Positions 17,375-25,995 of a stretch of 64,000 bases of DNA are shown piece after piece. This DNA comes from an uncultured Rickettsiales bacterium (GTDB lineage: Bacteria; Pseudomonadota; Alphaproteobacteria; Micavibrionales; GCA-2720935): the NCBI GenBank assembly GCA_950054255.1, contig CATLOR010000001.1:583589-647588 (forward strand), read 5' to 3'. The position numbers and the translations under genes were made by a program. The notes beneath the pieces were generated by a model. That model had not been told where the DNA came from, did not search any database, and saw nothing but the letters and a program-made list of their open reading frames with translations. Position 1 is the first letter of the stretch. The number at the start of each line of letters is the position of its first letter.

Positions 17375-18250
17375 ATGAAAACGAGTGTTATGAAACCGAT
17401 TATGCTTTTTGTGGTCGCTGTGGGACTGATTATTGGATCACAATCTGTCTTTACAGTTGATGAAACCGAGCAAGTTCTTGTGCTTCAATTTGGTAATCCT
17501 GTGAATGTGATTAATAAGCCAGGGCTTCAGTTCAAAATCCCGTTTATTCAAAACTTAAAATATATTGATAAGCGCATTTTAGATGTGGATCCAGATCCAG
17601 AAGAGCTTTTACTTGCCGATCAAAAACGTTTAGTTGTTGATACTTTTTTGCGTTATAAAATTGCTGATCCACTCTTATTTTATAAGACATTAACAACAGA
17701 ATCTGCTGCGCGTCGCCGTCTACAAGAACAGGTTAACTCATCGCTTCGTAGTAATTTGGGTAAAGCTTCTTTACCACAAATCTTATCACCAGAGCGTGAG
17801 CAAGTGATGATGAGTATTCGCCAAGAGGTCAACAAAGACGTTGAGCGTCTTGGATTAACAGTAACAGATGTACAAGTTGTTCGTGCCGATTTACCTGAGG
17901 AAACAAGCCAAGCGATTTATGCACGTATGGTATCAGAACGTCAAAGAGAAGCTTCTGAAGCGCGTGCGCAAGGTCAAGAATTGGCGCAACAAATTCGTTC
18001 GAAAGCAGAACGTGAGCGTACGATTTTGCTTGCAGAGGCGGATAAGCGTGCACAAATTATCCGTGGTCAAGGGGATGAGAAAGCGATTGAAATCTATGCG
18101 AACGCATATAATAAAGATAAAGAATTTTATAGCTTTACACGTTCCCTAGAAGCCTATCGTAAAAGTCTGAAAGGTGATGGAACAACACTCCTTCTCTCAC
18201 CTGACAGTGAATTCTTTGATTACTTTAAGGATCAAAAGAAAAAACGGTGA
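17375..18250 (+). CDS. hflC: FtsH modulator HflC
   Basis: It has an N-terminal TM segment and an SPFH domain (FTVDETEQVLVLQFG...PGLQFKIPFIQ). It is the partner of hflK. Confidence 0.9.
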   Translation: MKTSVMKPIMLFVVAVGLIIGSQSVFTVDETEQVLVLQFGNPVNVINKPGLQFKIPFIQNLKYIDKRILDVDPDPEELLLADQKRLVVDTFLRYKIADPLLFYKTLTTESAARRRLQEQVNSSLRSNLGKASLPQILSPEREQVMMSIRQEVNKDVERLGLTVTDVQVVRADLPEETSQAIYARMVSERQREASEARAQGQELAQQIRSKAERERTILLAEADKRAQIIRGQGDEKAIEIYANAYNKDKEFYSFTRSLEAYRKSLKGDGTTLLLSPDSEFFDYFKDQKKKR

Positions 18251-18627
18251 TGAAAAAAGTCACAGGCAGTTGTCATTGTGAAGCGGTGTCTTATGAGGCT
18301 GAGGTTGATCTCAAACAGACAGTGTTAAACTGTAACTGTTCTGTCTGTTCAAAAGGTGGGTTTGGTAATCATGTTATGGCACGTCATGAGCATTTTACGC
18401 TTTTGTCCGGAGCGGACGAGCTCACGACCTATCGCTTTGGCTCGGAGCAAGCAAACCACCTGTTTTGTCGCCGTTGCGGTGTGAAGTCTTTTTACCAACC
18501 ACGCTCTCACCCTGATTGTTGGAGTCTGAATTCAAATTGTATAGAGCATTTTGATGAGAGTGAGTGGCATATAGAGCCTTTTGATGGCCAAAATTGGGAA
18601 CAAGCAAAAGAAAATTTATCCAAGTGA
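18250..18627 (+). CDS. GFA-family (CENP-V/glutathione-dependent formaldehyde-activating-like) zinc protein
   Basis: The cysteine pattern CHC...CNCSVC...CRRCG is typical of the GFA family. The ATG at 18250 overlaps the hflC stop by 1 nt. Confidence 0.75.
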   Translation: MKKVTGSCHCEAVSYEAEVDLKQTVLNCNCSVCSKGGFGNHVMARHEHFTLLSGADELTTYRFGSEQANHLFCRRCGVKSFYQPRSHPDCWSLNSNCIEHFDESEWHIEPFDGQNWEQAKENLSK

Positions 18628-18712
18628 CGATCTTTTCAGCCTCTTGAATATTGGCTTATCTGTGATAAATTGTTTGATATTAATGTCTAATTTATGATGG
18701 AGTTTATGTGTT

Positions 18713-20227
18713 ATGAGATATGTTTTATATGGGATTAGTGTCTTTTTTCTGGTCTTGATAGCGCCTATGGCACAGGCTGCACAAACACCAGATAGTTTCG
18801 CGGATTTGGCTGAAAAACTGCTTCCTTCAGTTGTTAATATTTCAACTACTCAAAAAGTTGTTGAAGCGGCTAACCAAAACCCATATGGACAAAGACGCGA
18901 CTTTTTTTCTGACCTTCCTAAAAATTCTCCTTTAAATCGTATGTTGGAAGAGTTTTTTCAATTACCGATGCCTCAAGCGCCTCAAGAACAAGCTCCTGAG
19001 ATGGATGAAAATACACCAAAACACGAATATGATCGCCCAAATTCTTTAGGGTCTGGTTTTATTATTGATGCTGAAAAAGGGTATATCGTAACCAATAGCC
19101 ACGTGATTGAAGGGGCGGATGGTATTCAAGTAACACTTTCAGATGATACAACATTGGATGCTGTTTTAATTGGTGAGGATGAGAAAACAGATGTTGCTTT
19201 ACTGCAAGTGACAACGGACCACCCTTTAACCGCTGTTTCTTGGGGGGATAGTGATAAAATGCGTGTGGGTGATTGGATCTTAGCAATCGGAAACCCTTTT
19301 GGTTTAGGTGGAACGGTAACAGCTGGGATTATTTCTGCGCGCCAACGTGATATTAATGCAGGCCCTTATGATGACTTTATTCAAACAGATGCTTCTATTA
19401 ATAGAGGAAACTCTGGTGGGCCGATGTTTAATACTGACGGTGACGTGATCGGGATTAACACAGCTATTTTTTCACCCTCGGGTGGATCTGTCGGTATTGG
19501 CTTTGCTATTCCTGCAAGTATGGCAAAAACAGTCGTTAATCAATTGATTGAATATGGTCGTACCAGACGTGGCTGGATTGGTGTGCGTATTCAACATGTG
19601 ACAGAAGAAATTGCTCAAAGCTTTGATCTTGAAAAATCACGTGGCGCTCTGATCGCGAGTATTACAAAAGAGGGTCCTGCGGAGAAGGCTGGATTAAAGG
19701 CAGGCGATATTATTTTGTCTTTTAATGGCGTGAATATTGATCATATGAAAGATTTGCCACGTCTTGTTGCGGAAACAAAAATTGAAACAGAAGTACCTGT
19801 ACGTGTTTGGCGTGATGGAAAAGTAACAGGTTTGAAAATCAAGGTTGGTGAACTTGAAGTTGCAGAGAAAGAAGGCCAAATAGACGGTGTGAAAGAAGAT
19901 AAAGAGCCTCAAAAACAAGAAATTTCAAAAGTTGATTTGTTAGGACTGAGTGTTGCTCAACTTACAGATGATTTGAAAAAACGTTTTAATTTTGAAGCAT
20001 CGGCAAAAGGTGTGATTATTACAGATGTTCAGCCAGGAAGTGAAGCTGCGCGCAAACGCATTGCACCTGGTGTTCAAATTATTGAGTTTAATCAAGAAAT
20101 TGTCAAAACACCTGAACAGGTAAAAACGCTGTTTGAAAAAGCAAAAGAAGATAAGAAAAAAACAGTTTTACTTTTACTAAAACAAGGTTCTGTTTCTCGT
20201 TTTGTTGCCCTGAATATAGCCTCTTAA
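18713..20227 (+). CDS. degP: Periplasmic serine endoprotease DegP/HtrA family with two PDZ domains
   Basis: It has a signal peptide. The catalytic triad context is TNSHV, DVALLQV and GNSGGPM. Two PDZ-like segments follow. Confidence 0.93.
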   Translation: MRYVLYGISVFFLVLIAPMAQAAQTPDSFADLAEKLLPSVVNISTTQKVVEAANQNPYGQRRDFFSDLPKNSPLNRMLEEFFQLPMPQAPQEQAPEMDENTPKHEYDRPNSLGSGFIIDAEKGYIVTNSHVIEGADGIQVTLSDDTTLDAVLIGEDEKTDVALLQVTTDHPLTAVSWGDSDKMRVGDWILAIGNPFGLGGTVTAGIISARQRDINAGPYDDFIQTDASINRGNSGGPMFNTDGDVIGINTAIFSPSGGSVGIGFAIPASMAKTVVNQLIEYGRTRRGWIGVRIQHVTEEIAQSFDLEKSRGALIASITKEGPAEKAGLKAGDIILSFNGVNIDHMKDLPRLVAETKIETEVPVRVWRDGKVTGLKIKVGELEVAEKEGQIDGVKEDKEPQKQEISKVDLLGLSVAQLTDDLKKRFNFEASAKGVIITDVQPGSEAARKRIAPGVQIIEFNQEIVKTPEQVKTLFEKAKEDKKKTVLLLLKQGSVSRFVALNIAS

Positions 20228-20297
20228 TTCTTGATATAGATCAAATAAAAAATTTTCTTTTTTTGATATAAATAGTCTGTAATGGGAAGGACTATTT

Positions 20298-20705
20298 ATG
20301 AGCAATAAAAAGAAAACATTATGTGCATTATTCGCAGCTGTGATGCTATCGGCGGCATCAGTCATAGGGTATCAAGCATTATCACAAAAAACAGAGATAA
20401 AGATTCTTGATAGACAAGCTTATAAAAACTTGTCGGCAACATGGGCCTCTATTAAAGCAGATAATGGTTATTTTGAAACGCATGACGTTAAAAATGCAGC
20501 TGAGTGTTTTGATATTGCCATTTCTAGATCAGAAGCCTTAAGTGAGAGCTTTACGGTGCGTTGTTATGATGAACGTTGGATGTTATTTAAGTTTGAGGTG
20601 CGCAATGAGACGCGTATTACAGCAGAGGTTGATTTAGAGTCAATTAGAGGGTTTAGCGTCATGCCTTTGAAAAAGATTACAAAAAGGCAGTTTTTATTTT
20701 CTTAA
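20298..20705 (+). CDS. Hypothetical exported protein
   Basis: It is 135 aa with an N-terminal signal-like segment (KKKTLCALFAAVMLSAASVIG). I recognised no other motifs. Confidence 0.45.
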   Translation: MSNKKKTLCALFAAVMLSAASVIGYQALSQKTEIKILDRQAYKNLSATWASIKADNGYFETHDVKNAAECFDIAISRSEALSESFTVRCYDERWMLFKFEVRNETRITAEVDLESIRGFSVMPLKKITKRQFLFS

Positions 20706-21562
20706 TCTGCCCACACAATTTCGTCTTGTTTGAAACCTTGTGCATATAAGATGCTGGTTAAGTCAGTGTGATTGATTTGAAAACGGGCTTTCTCTTTTAA
20801 AATGTCTTTCCCATGAAAAGCAAAATTGAAAGCAGTCTGTTCAAGCATATTTACATCATTGGCGCCATCCCCTACTGAGATAGCATTTTCTTTTGTTGCT
20901 TTGTAACGATTTAAAACACGCTTGACGATATAGCTTTTTTCTTGCCCATCAAGAATTTTACCAGAAAGCTCGCCTGTAAATTTATTATCTCGGGTTACTA
21001 AATTATTCCCGTGATGTTCATCAAAAGAAAGACTACCAGCGATAGGAGCCGTGACATGGGTAAAGCCACCAGAGATTAAAACGCAAAAAGCACCATGGCG
21101 TTTCATTGTTTTCACAAGCGTTTGAGCGCCCTTTGAAAAAGGAAGGTTAGGAATTAATGTTTTAAAGAGGGTGGCATCAAGACCTTTTAAATAGCTAACA
21201 CGTCTTGTTAGCGCTTGGGTGAAGTCAAGCTCTCCTGCCATGGCTTGTTCGGTAATCGCAACGATTTTCTCATGAATGTCTTTTGGTAGATGCTCTGCTA
21301 ACTTATCCAACGTTTCATCTTGTAGAATGGTTGAATCCATATCACAAAAGAGAAATTGTTTTTTTCGATTGTCATCTAAAGGGTCTATTTCAAAGACATC
21401 GACAGGAAGGTTGCTTGGAATATTGATTGGCTCTTTTGTGATGATTTCACAAGCACGACCTTCATGGAGCCAACCTTTTCCTAAAAGAGAAAATTGGTCA
21501 ATAAAGGAATCTGATAAGCAAAAGCTCTCAGGGTTGCTCACAAGGACATAGCGCTTTGCCAT
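20702..21562 (-). CDS. serB: Phosphoserine phosphatase SerB (HAD family)
   Basis: It has HAD motif I DMDSTI, motif II SGGF and motif IV GDGANDV. It is divergent from miaA, as in many alphaproteobacteria. Confidence 0.85.
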   Translation of the reverse strand: MAKRYVLVSNPESFCLSDSFIDQFSLLGKGWLHEGRACEIITKEPINIPSNLPVDVFEIDPLDDNRKKQFLFCDMDSTILQDETLDKLAEHLPKDIHEKIVAITEQAMAGELDFTQALTRRVSYLKGLDATLFKTLIPNLPFSKGAQTLVKTMKRHGAFCVLISGGFTHVTAPIAGSLSFDEHHGNNLVTRDNKFTGELSGKILDGQEKSYIVKRVLNRYKATKENAISVGDGANDVNMLEQTAFNFAFHGKDILKEKARFQINHTDLTSILYAQGFKQDEIVWAD

Positions 21563-21600
21563 AGACAGCCTATTCTGTTTGCGTTAAGTTTCATATCACC

Positions 21601-22569
21601 ATGACCGAAAATGAACAAAAAAACAAATGTTTTGTGATCTTTGGCCCGACAGCAAGCGGGAAAACAGCCTTTTCTGCACAACTTGCTACTCTTTTAGGAA
21701 CAGATAAATCAGTTATTTTAAATGCTGATTCTATGCAGTTATATAAAGATCTTCCCATTTTAACAGCGTGTCCTGAGGAGGTAGAATATCAAGGAATTGA
21801 ACATCATTTATTTGAGATCTATGACCCTGATACGCATAATTCAGTAGCTTTATGGTGGGATCAATGCGTCACCTATATGAAGACAGCTTTTGAGCAGAAT
21901 AAAACGGTGATTATCATTGGAGGTACGGGGCTTTATTTAAAAAGTATTTTAAAAGGCTTACCTCAAACACCGCAACGAGATGAACATTTAGCTTTGAAAG
22001 CTAAAATACTATTTGATGAAATGGGTGCTTCAGCTTTTTATCAGATCTTAAAACAAGAAGACCCCTTGATTGAAGGCGCCATACAAGAGAGTGACACGCA
22101 ACGCTTAATACGTGCTTATGAGGTATTTCATGCAACAAGTAAAAGCTTACTAGAATGGCAAAAAGAGCCTTATCAGCAAGTGCCTTTTTCATGTGAGTTT
22201 GTTTATCATCAAATTATTCCTGATCGTGAGTGGCTCTATGATCGTTGTAATAGACGGTTTGATTATATGATTGAGCAAGGCGCTATAGAAGAAATAGATA
22301 ATTTTATTCATAAATATGGGCATGATGATTTTGATTTGTGCCGTAAAGTAATTGGTTTTGATGAGTTGCGCGATTATCAAGCTGGAAAATTATCATTAGA
22401 AGAGGCTAGAAATCAAGCAGCTCAACGCACAAGGCGTTATGCTAAAAGGCAATTGACATGGGCTCGTACGCAAATGAGCGAAAAAATATTAGAGCGGGAA
22501 GTAAAACAATGGTATGAATGGAATGAAGAAACAATAAAAACAAAAGCAGTAAAAACAATAGGGAGTTAA
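21601..22569 (+). CDS. miaA: tRNA dimethylallyltransferase MiaA
   Basis: It carries the P-loop GPTASGKT, DSMQLYKDL.ILTA and GGTGLYLK. Confidence 0.93.
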   Translation: MTENEQKNKCFVIFGPTASGKTAFSAQLATLLGTDKSVILNADSMQLYKDLPILTACPEEVEYQGIEHHLFEIYDPDTHNSVALWWDQCVTYMKTAFEQNKTVIIIGGTGLYLKSILKGLPQTPQRDEHLALKAKILFDEMGASAFYQILKQEDPLIEGAIQESDTQRLIRAYEVFHATSKSLLEWQKEPYQQVPFSCEFVYHQIIPDREWLYDRCNRRFDYMIEQGAIEEIDNFIHKYGHDDFDLCRKVIGFDELRDYQAGKLSLEEARNQAAQRTRRYAKRQLTWARTQMSEKILEREVKQWYEWNEETIKTKAVKTIGS

Positions 22570-22570
22570 A

Positions 22571-23311
22571 ATGAAAAAAATTGGTGTTATCGGTGGCATG
22601 AGCTGTGAATCTTCAGCGGTTTACTACACATATGCAAATGAATTAATACGCGCGCGCTTGGGAGGATTGAACTCAGCGCGTTTTTTAATGTCTTCGGTTA
22701 ATTTTGCAGAAGTAAAAACAATGCAAATGAGCGGGGATTGGGATCTCTCAGGGCAGTTTCTTGCTAATGAAGCAAAATTATTAGAACAAGGTGGTGCGGA
22801 TATTGTGCTATTAGCAACAAATACAATGCATAAAGTCGCTGATGCAATTGAATCGGCGATCTCAGTTCCATTTCTTCATATCGCAGATGCGGTCGCTTTG
22901 GCACTTAAGAAACAAAATGTTGAGACGGTTGGTTTAACAGGGACACGTTATACAATGCTTGAAGATTTCTACAAAACACGCCTAGAACACAAACATGGGT
23001 TGAAAGTTATTATTCCTAGTGATGATAAAATTGATGCGATGAATGATATTATTTTTGATGAACTTTGTCAGGGGAAAGTCAAGGATGAGTCCCGTGCTCT
23101 TTATGTTGAGGCAATGCGCGGTATGCAAAAACAAGGAGCCGAAGCGATGATTTTGGGCTGTACAGAAATTGGTTTATTGCTTCAAGAAGGTGATTTTGAC
23201 TTGCCTTTGATTTGTTCTACAAAAGCACATATTGAAGCAGCGGTTGATTTTGCGTTATCTGATGAGGGCGATTTAGTAGAGATCGAGCCCGTATCGCGTA
23301 TAGCTCCCTAA
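22571..23311 (+). CDS. Aspartate/glutamate racemase family protein, YgeA-like (Thr/Cys active-site pair)
   Basis: It carries IGVIGGMS..S...Y. LATNTMH has Thr where two-Cys racemases have the first Cys, and ILGCTEIGLL supplies the second catalytic Cys. Confidence 0.85.
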   Translation: MKKIGVIGGMSCESSAVYYTYANELIRARLGGLNSARFLMSSVNFAEVKTMQMSGDWDLSGQFLANEAKLLEQGGADIVLLATNTMHKVADAIESAISVPFLHIADAVALALKKQNVETVGLTGTRYTMLEDFYKTRLEHKHGLKVIIPSDDKIDAMNDIIFDELCQGKVKDESRALYVEAMRGMQKQGAEAMILGCTEIGLLLQEGDFDLPLICSTKAHIEAAVDFALSDEGDLVEIEPVSRIAP

Positions 23312-23698
23312 CACATTATCATCACGATCTTTTATTAAAAAGAGATTATATTGCTTGCCTTTACGGCCTTTATAGAGGCTGTGGATAGAATGTGCGATCA
23401 GGTTTTTATCACGAAATGATAAGTCTTTGAACAAATCATAAACTTCAACATATCCAATTTCGCCTTGGATCGCAATTTGTCTGATGATGCCGTTTGTGAG
23501 CGCATTTTTGATAATGGCATCAACATCAATCAGGGCAATATCGTTCCCTTCAACCGTGTTACTCCATTGATAGGGGTGGAAATTTTTTACATTTCTATTT
23601 TCAGGGTAGAGCGTGACTTTTTTGTTGAAAAAAGCAGCTTGTGCAGGTGAAATTGCCACAAAAAGTCCAAAAACCAATAATAATCCTAAAAAACGCAT
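23273..23698 (-). CDS. Hypothetical exported protein
   Basis: It is 141 aa with a clear signal peptide (MRFLGLLLVFGLFVAISPAQA). Its 3-prime end overlaps the convergent racemase gene by 39 nt. Confidence 0.5.
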   Translation of the reverse strand: MRFLGLLLVFGLFVAISPAQAAFFNKKVTLYPENRNVKNFHPYQWSNTVEGNDIALIDVDAIIKNALTNGIIRQIAIQGEIGYVEVYDLFKDLSFRDKNLIAHSIHSLYKGRKGKQYNLFLIKDRDDNVLGSYTRYGLDLY

Positions 23699-23787
23699 GA
23701 AAGTTGCTCACCTATCAAGAAAATGTTAAATTTTTTTTGTTACGCTATAGATTAGCTTAATTTATTTTATAAAGGATTAATAGCATA

Positions 23788-24069
23788 ATGGTTGATGCAA
23801 TACAATCAGCATTACAAGGCTTAACGACACAACACTCTCGTATTGATAAAGCGGCTGAGGATATCGCGACATATCCAGCTGTTACTCAAGAAAAAGCCGA
23901 TGAGTTTGCGTCGAATCCTTTGGCAGATTTTTCAAATGTGGAGGCAAGCCCTTCTTTAGATGAAAGTTTGATAACTGTCCTTGAGGCAACGTCTTTATAT
24001 AAAGCAAATGCCAGCGTTATTCGAACTGTTCAAGAAACAGAAGATGCTGTTCTTGATATTTTATCCTAA
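23788..24069 (+). CDS. Short flagellar rod-family-like protein (N- and C-terminal rod heptad motifs only)
   Basis: It is 93 aa. The C-terminus LEATSLYKANASVIRTVQETEDAVLDIL resembles the conserved C-terminal segment of FlgB/C/F/G rod proteins. The N-terminus AIQSALQGLTTQHSRIDKAAEDIA resembles the rod N-terminal segment. Confidence 0.4.
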   Translation: MVDAIQSALQGLTTQHSRIDKAAEDIATYPAVTQEKADEFASNPLADFSNVEASPSLDESLITVLEATSLYKANASVIRTVQETEDAVLDILS

Positions 24070-24167
24070 ATACATGTAGAATGATTACGTCTTATTAACC
24101 TTTTTCAAGGAAACTCTAGAGGCTTAATTTCTTTTAATGATCATTTAAATAAGGGGCTCGTATTATC

Positions 24168-25103
24168 ATGGAATTTTTCCCATCATCTTTTCTAACATTT
24201 GTTTTCCTATTCCTCAGTTTTGGTATTGTGTTAATTATCGCGGGTGTGAAAGTCGTACCACAAGGATCACAATGGACAGTTGAACGTTTTGGTCGTTATA
24301 CGCATACATTGCATCCTGGTCTTGGTTTGATTGTTCCGTTCTTAGATCGTGTTGGTCGTAAAATCAGCATGATGGAAACAGTTTTGGATGTACCGTCACA
24401 AGATGTGATTACAAAAGATAACGCAACAGTGCGTTGTGATGGTGTTGTTTTCTTCCAAGTGATTGATGCGCCGCGCGCGGCTTATGAGGTTCGTAATTTA
24501 CTTGTTGCGATTACAAACTTGGCTTTGACAAATTTGAGGACTGTGATCGGGAGTATGGATTTAGACGAAGTTCTCTCAAAAAGGGATGAAATTAATGCGC
24601 ATCTTTTAAAAATCGTTGATGAGGCGACAAACCCTTGGGGGATTAAGGTCACACGTATTGAAATTAAAGATTTGATGCCACCAAGAGACATTACTGAGGC
24701 GATGGCCCGCCAGTTAAAAGCGGATCGTGAGAAACGTGCTGAGATTTTAACAGCTGAGGGTGAAAAACAAGCCGCTATTTTAAGAGCTGAAGGACAAAAA
24801 CAATCAGCGATATTAGAGGCGGAAGGTCGCCGCGAAGCAGCCTTTAGAGATGCGGAAGCACGTGAAAGAGAAGCAGAAGCAGAGGCAAAAGCAACAGAGG
24901 CCGTATCCGTTGCTGTCGCAAATGGTGATATTCAAGCAATTAATTATTTCGTGGCTCAACAATATGTGAAGGCCTTACAACATATGGGATCAGCTGAAAA
25001 TTCAAAAGTTGTCTTCATGCCTTTAGAGGCTTCAAATGTGATTGGGTCAATTGGCGGTGTGGCAGAGCTTGCAAAAGAAGCCTTCTCACAAAAGAAAGGG
25101 TAA
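24168..25103 (+). CDS. SPFH/band-7 (stomatin-like, QmcA/YbbK-type) membrane protein
   Basis: It has an N-terminal TM segment, an SPFH core (VVPQGSQWTVERFGRY...PGL..IVPFLD) and an Ala/Glu-rich coiled coil. Confidence 0.9.
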   Translation: MEFFPSSFLTFVFLFLSFGIVLIIAGVKVVPQGSQWTVERFGRYTHTLHPGLGLIVPFLDRVGRKISMMETVLDVPSQDVITKDNATVRCDGVVFFQVIDAPRAAYEVRNLLVAITNLALTNLRTVIGSMDLDEVLSKRDEINAHLLKIVDEATNPWGIKVTRIEIKDLMPPRDITEAMARQLKADREKRAEILTAEGEKQAAILRAEGQKQSAILEAEGRREAAFRDAEAREREAEAEAKATEAVSVAVANGDIQAINYFVAQQYVKALQHMGSAENSKVVFMPLEASNVIGSIGGVAELAKEAFSQKKG

Positions 25104-25107
25104 CTAG

Positions 25108-25572
25108 ATGGAAGAATTTATTACCTATATTTGGGGCGATAATAGCTATTGGAGTTGGTGGGCATTAGCTGCTTTCTTATTTGTTATAGAAGTCTTTTTG
25201 CCTACTTTTTTCTTTATTTGGCCAGCGATGGCAGCTGTTTTTGTTGGTATATTAGCTTTTGTTCTTGATGACTGCGCGTGGGAATATCAGGTGATTGCTT
25301 TTACGATCATTGCTGTTATTGATACGATTATTGGGCGTTATTATTTTTCAAAACGCTTTCGAAAAGATACAGACCATCCAACGTTAAATAACCCTGACAA
25401 GGCCCTTGTAGGGCGTGTTGTTCGCGTTCAAGATGATTTTGTCATGGGGACGGGCGCTGTTGAAGTTGGCGATACGAGATGGCAAGCGCGTGAGCTCAAC
25501 AAAAGAAATCCTCAAAAAGATGATATGGTTGAAGTTGTTGATGTTGAGGGCATGATTTTAATTGTGAAGTAA
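25108..25572 (+). CDS. NfeD-family membrane protein
   Basis: It is 154 aa with N-terminal TM segments and a C-terminal OB-like segment (GRVVRV...G.GAVEVGDTRW.A). It is adjacent to the SPFH gene, the classical partnership. Confidence 0.8.
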   Translation: MEEFITYIWGDNSYWSWWALAAFLFVIEVFLPTFFFIWPAMAAVFVGILAFVLDDCAWEYQVIAFTIIAVIDTIIGRYYFSKRFRKDTDHPTLNNPDKALVGRVVRVQDDFVMGTGAVEVGDTRWQARELNKRNPQKDDMVEVVDVEGMILIVK

Positions 25573-25578
25573 GCGTTT

Positions 25579-25995
25579 TTATTTCAAATCATTTTTGTGA
25601 ATTTTTTCTCGTCCCAGTAAAAAAAGGGCGGCGCCACGTCCTGCTTTTAAAACAGGATAAGATAATTTGGAAATAGTTGGGGACTTAAACAAGGTCGCAC
25701 ACATTTTATTTAAGCATCCATTTTCAGAAGACATAAGGGCCAGACGATTTAAACATTCATCTCCGTGAAAATATTGGCCGTGATATTTTAAGATCATGCC
25801 GTCATCTAAATTATACCCAAGAGCAACGACTTCCTCATACTCAGCTGTTTTTTCACGTGCATCAATAAGGCGCACATCGCCAACGCTTTCTTTGAGATGT
25901 GTAAAGCGCATATAATTCTTACAAAAAGGGCAATCCCCATCATAGAGAATCCAATTCTCTTCAGTGTGATTTTGATTATTTGACGAAGATGTCAT
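25579..25995 (-). CDS. DCC-family thiol-disulfide oxidoreductase (DUF393-like)
   Basis: It has the N-terminal ILYDGDCPFC motif. The ATG at 25995 (preceded by AGGA) is preferred over the GTG at 26034. It overlaps the upstream gene stop by 20 nt. Confidence 0.75.
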   Translation of the reverse strand: MTSSSNNQNHTEENWILYDGDCPFCKNYMRFTHLKESVGDVRLIDAREKTAEYEEVVALGYNLDDGMILKYHGQYFHGDECLNRLALMSSENGCLNKMCATLFKSPTISKLSYPVLKAGRGAALFLLGREKIHKNDLK

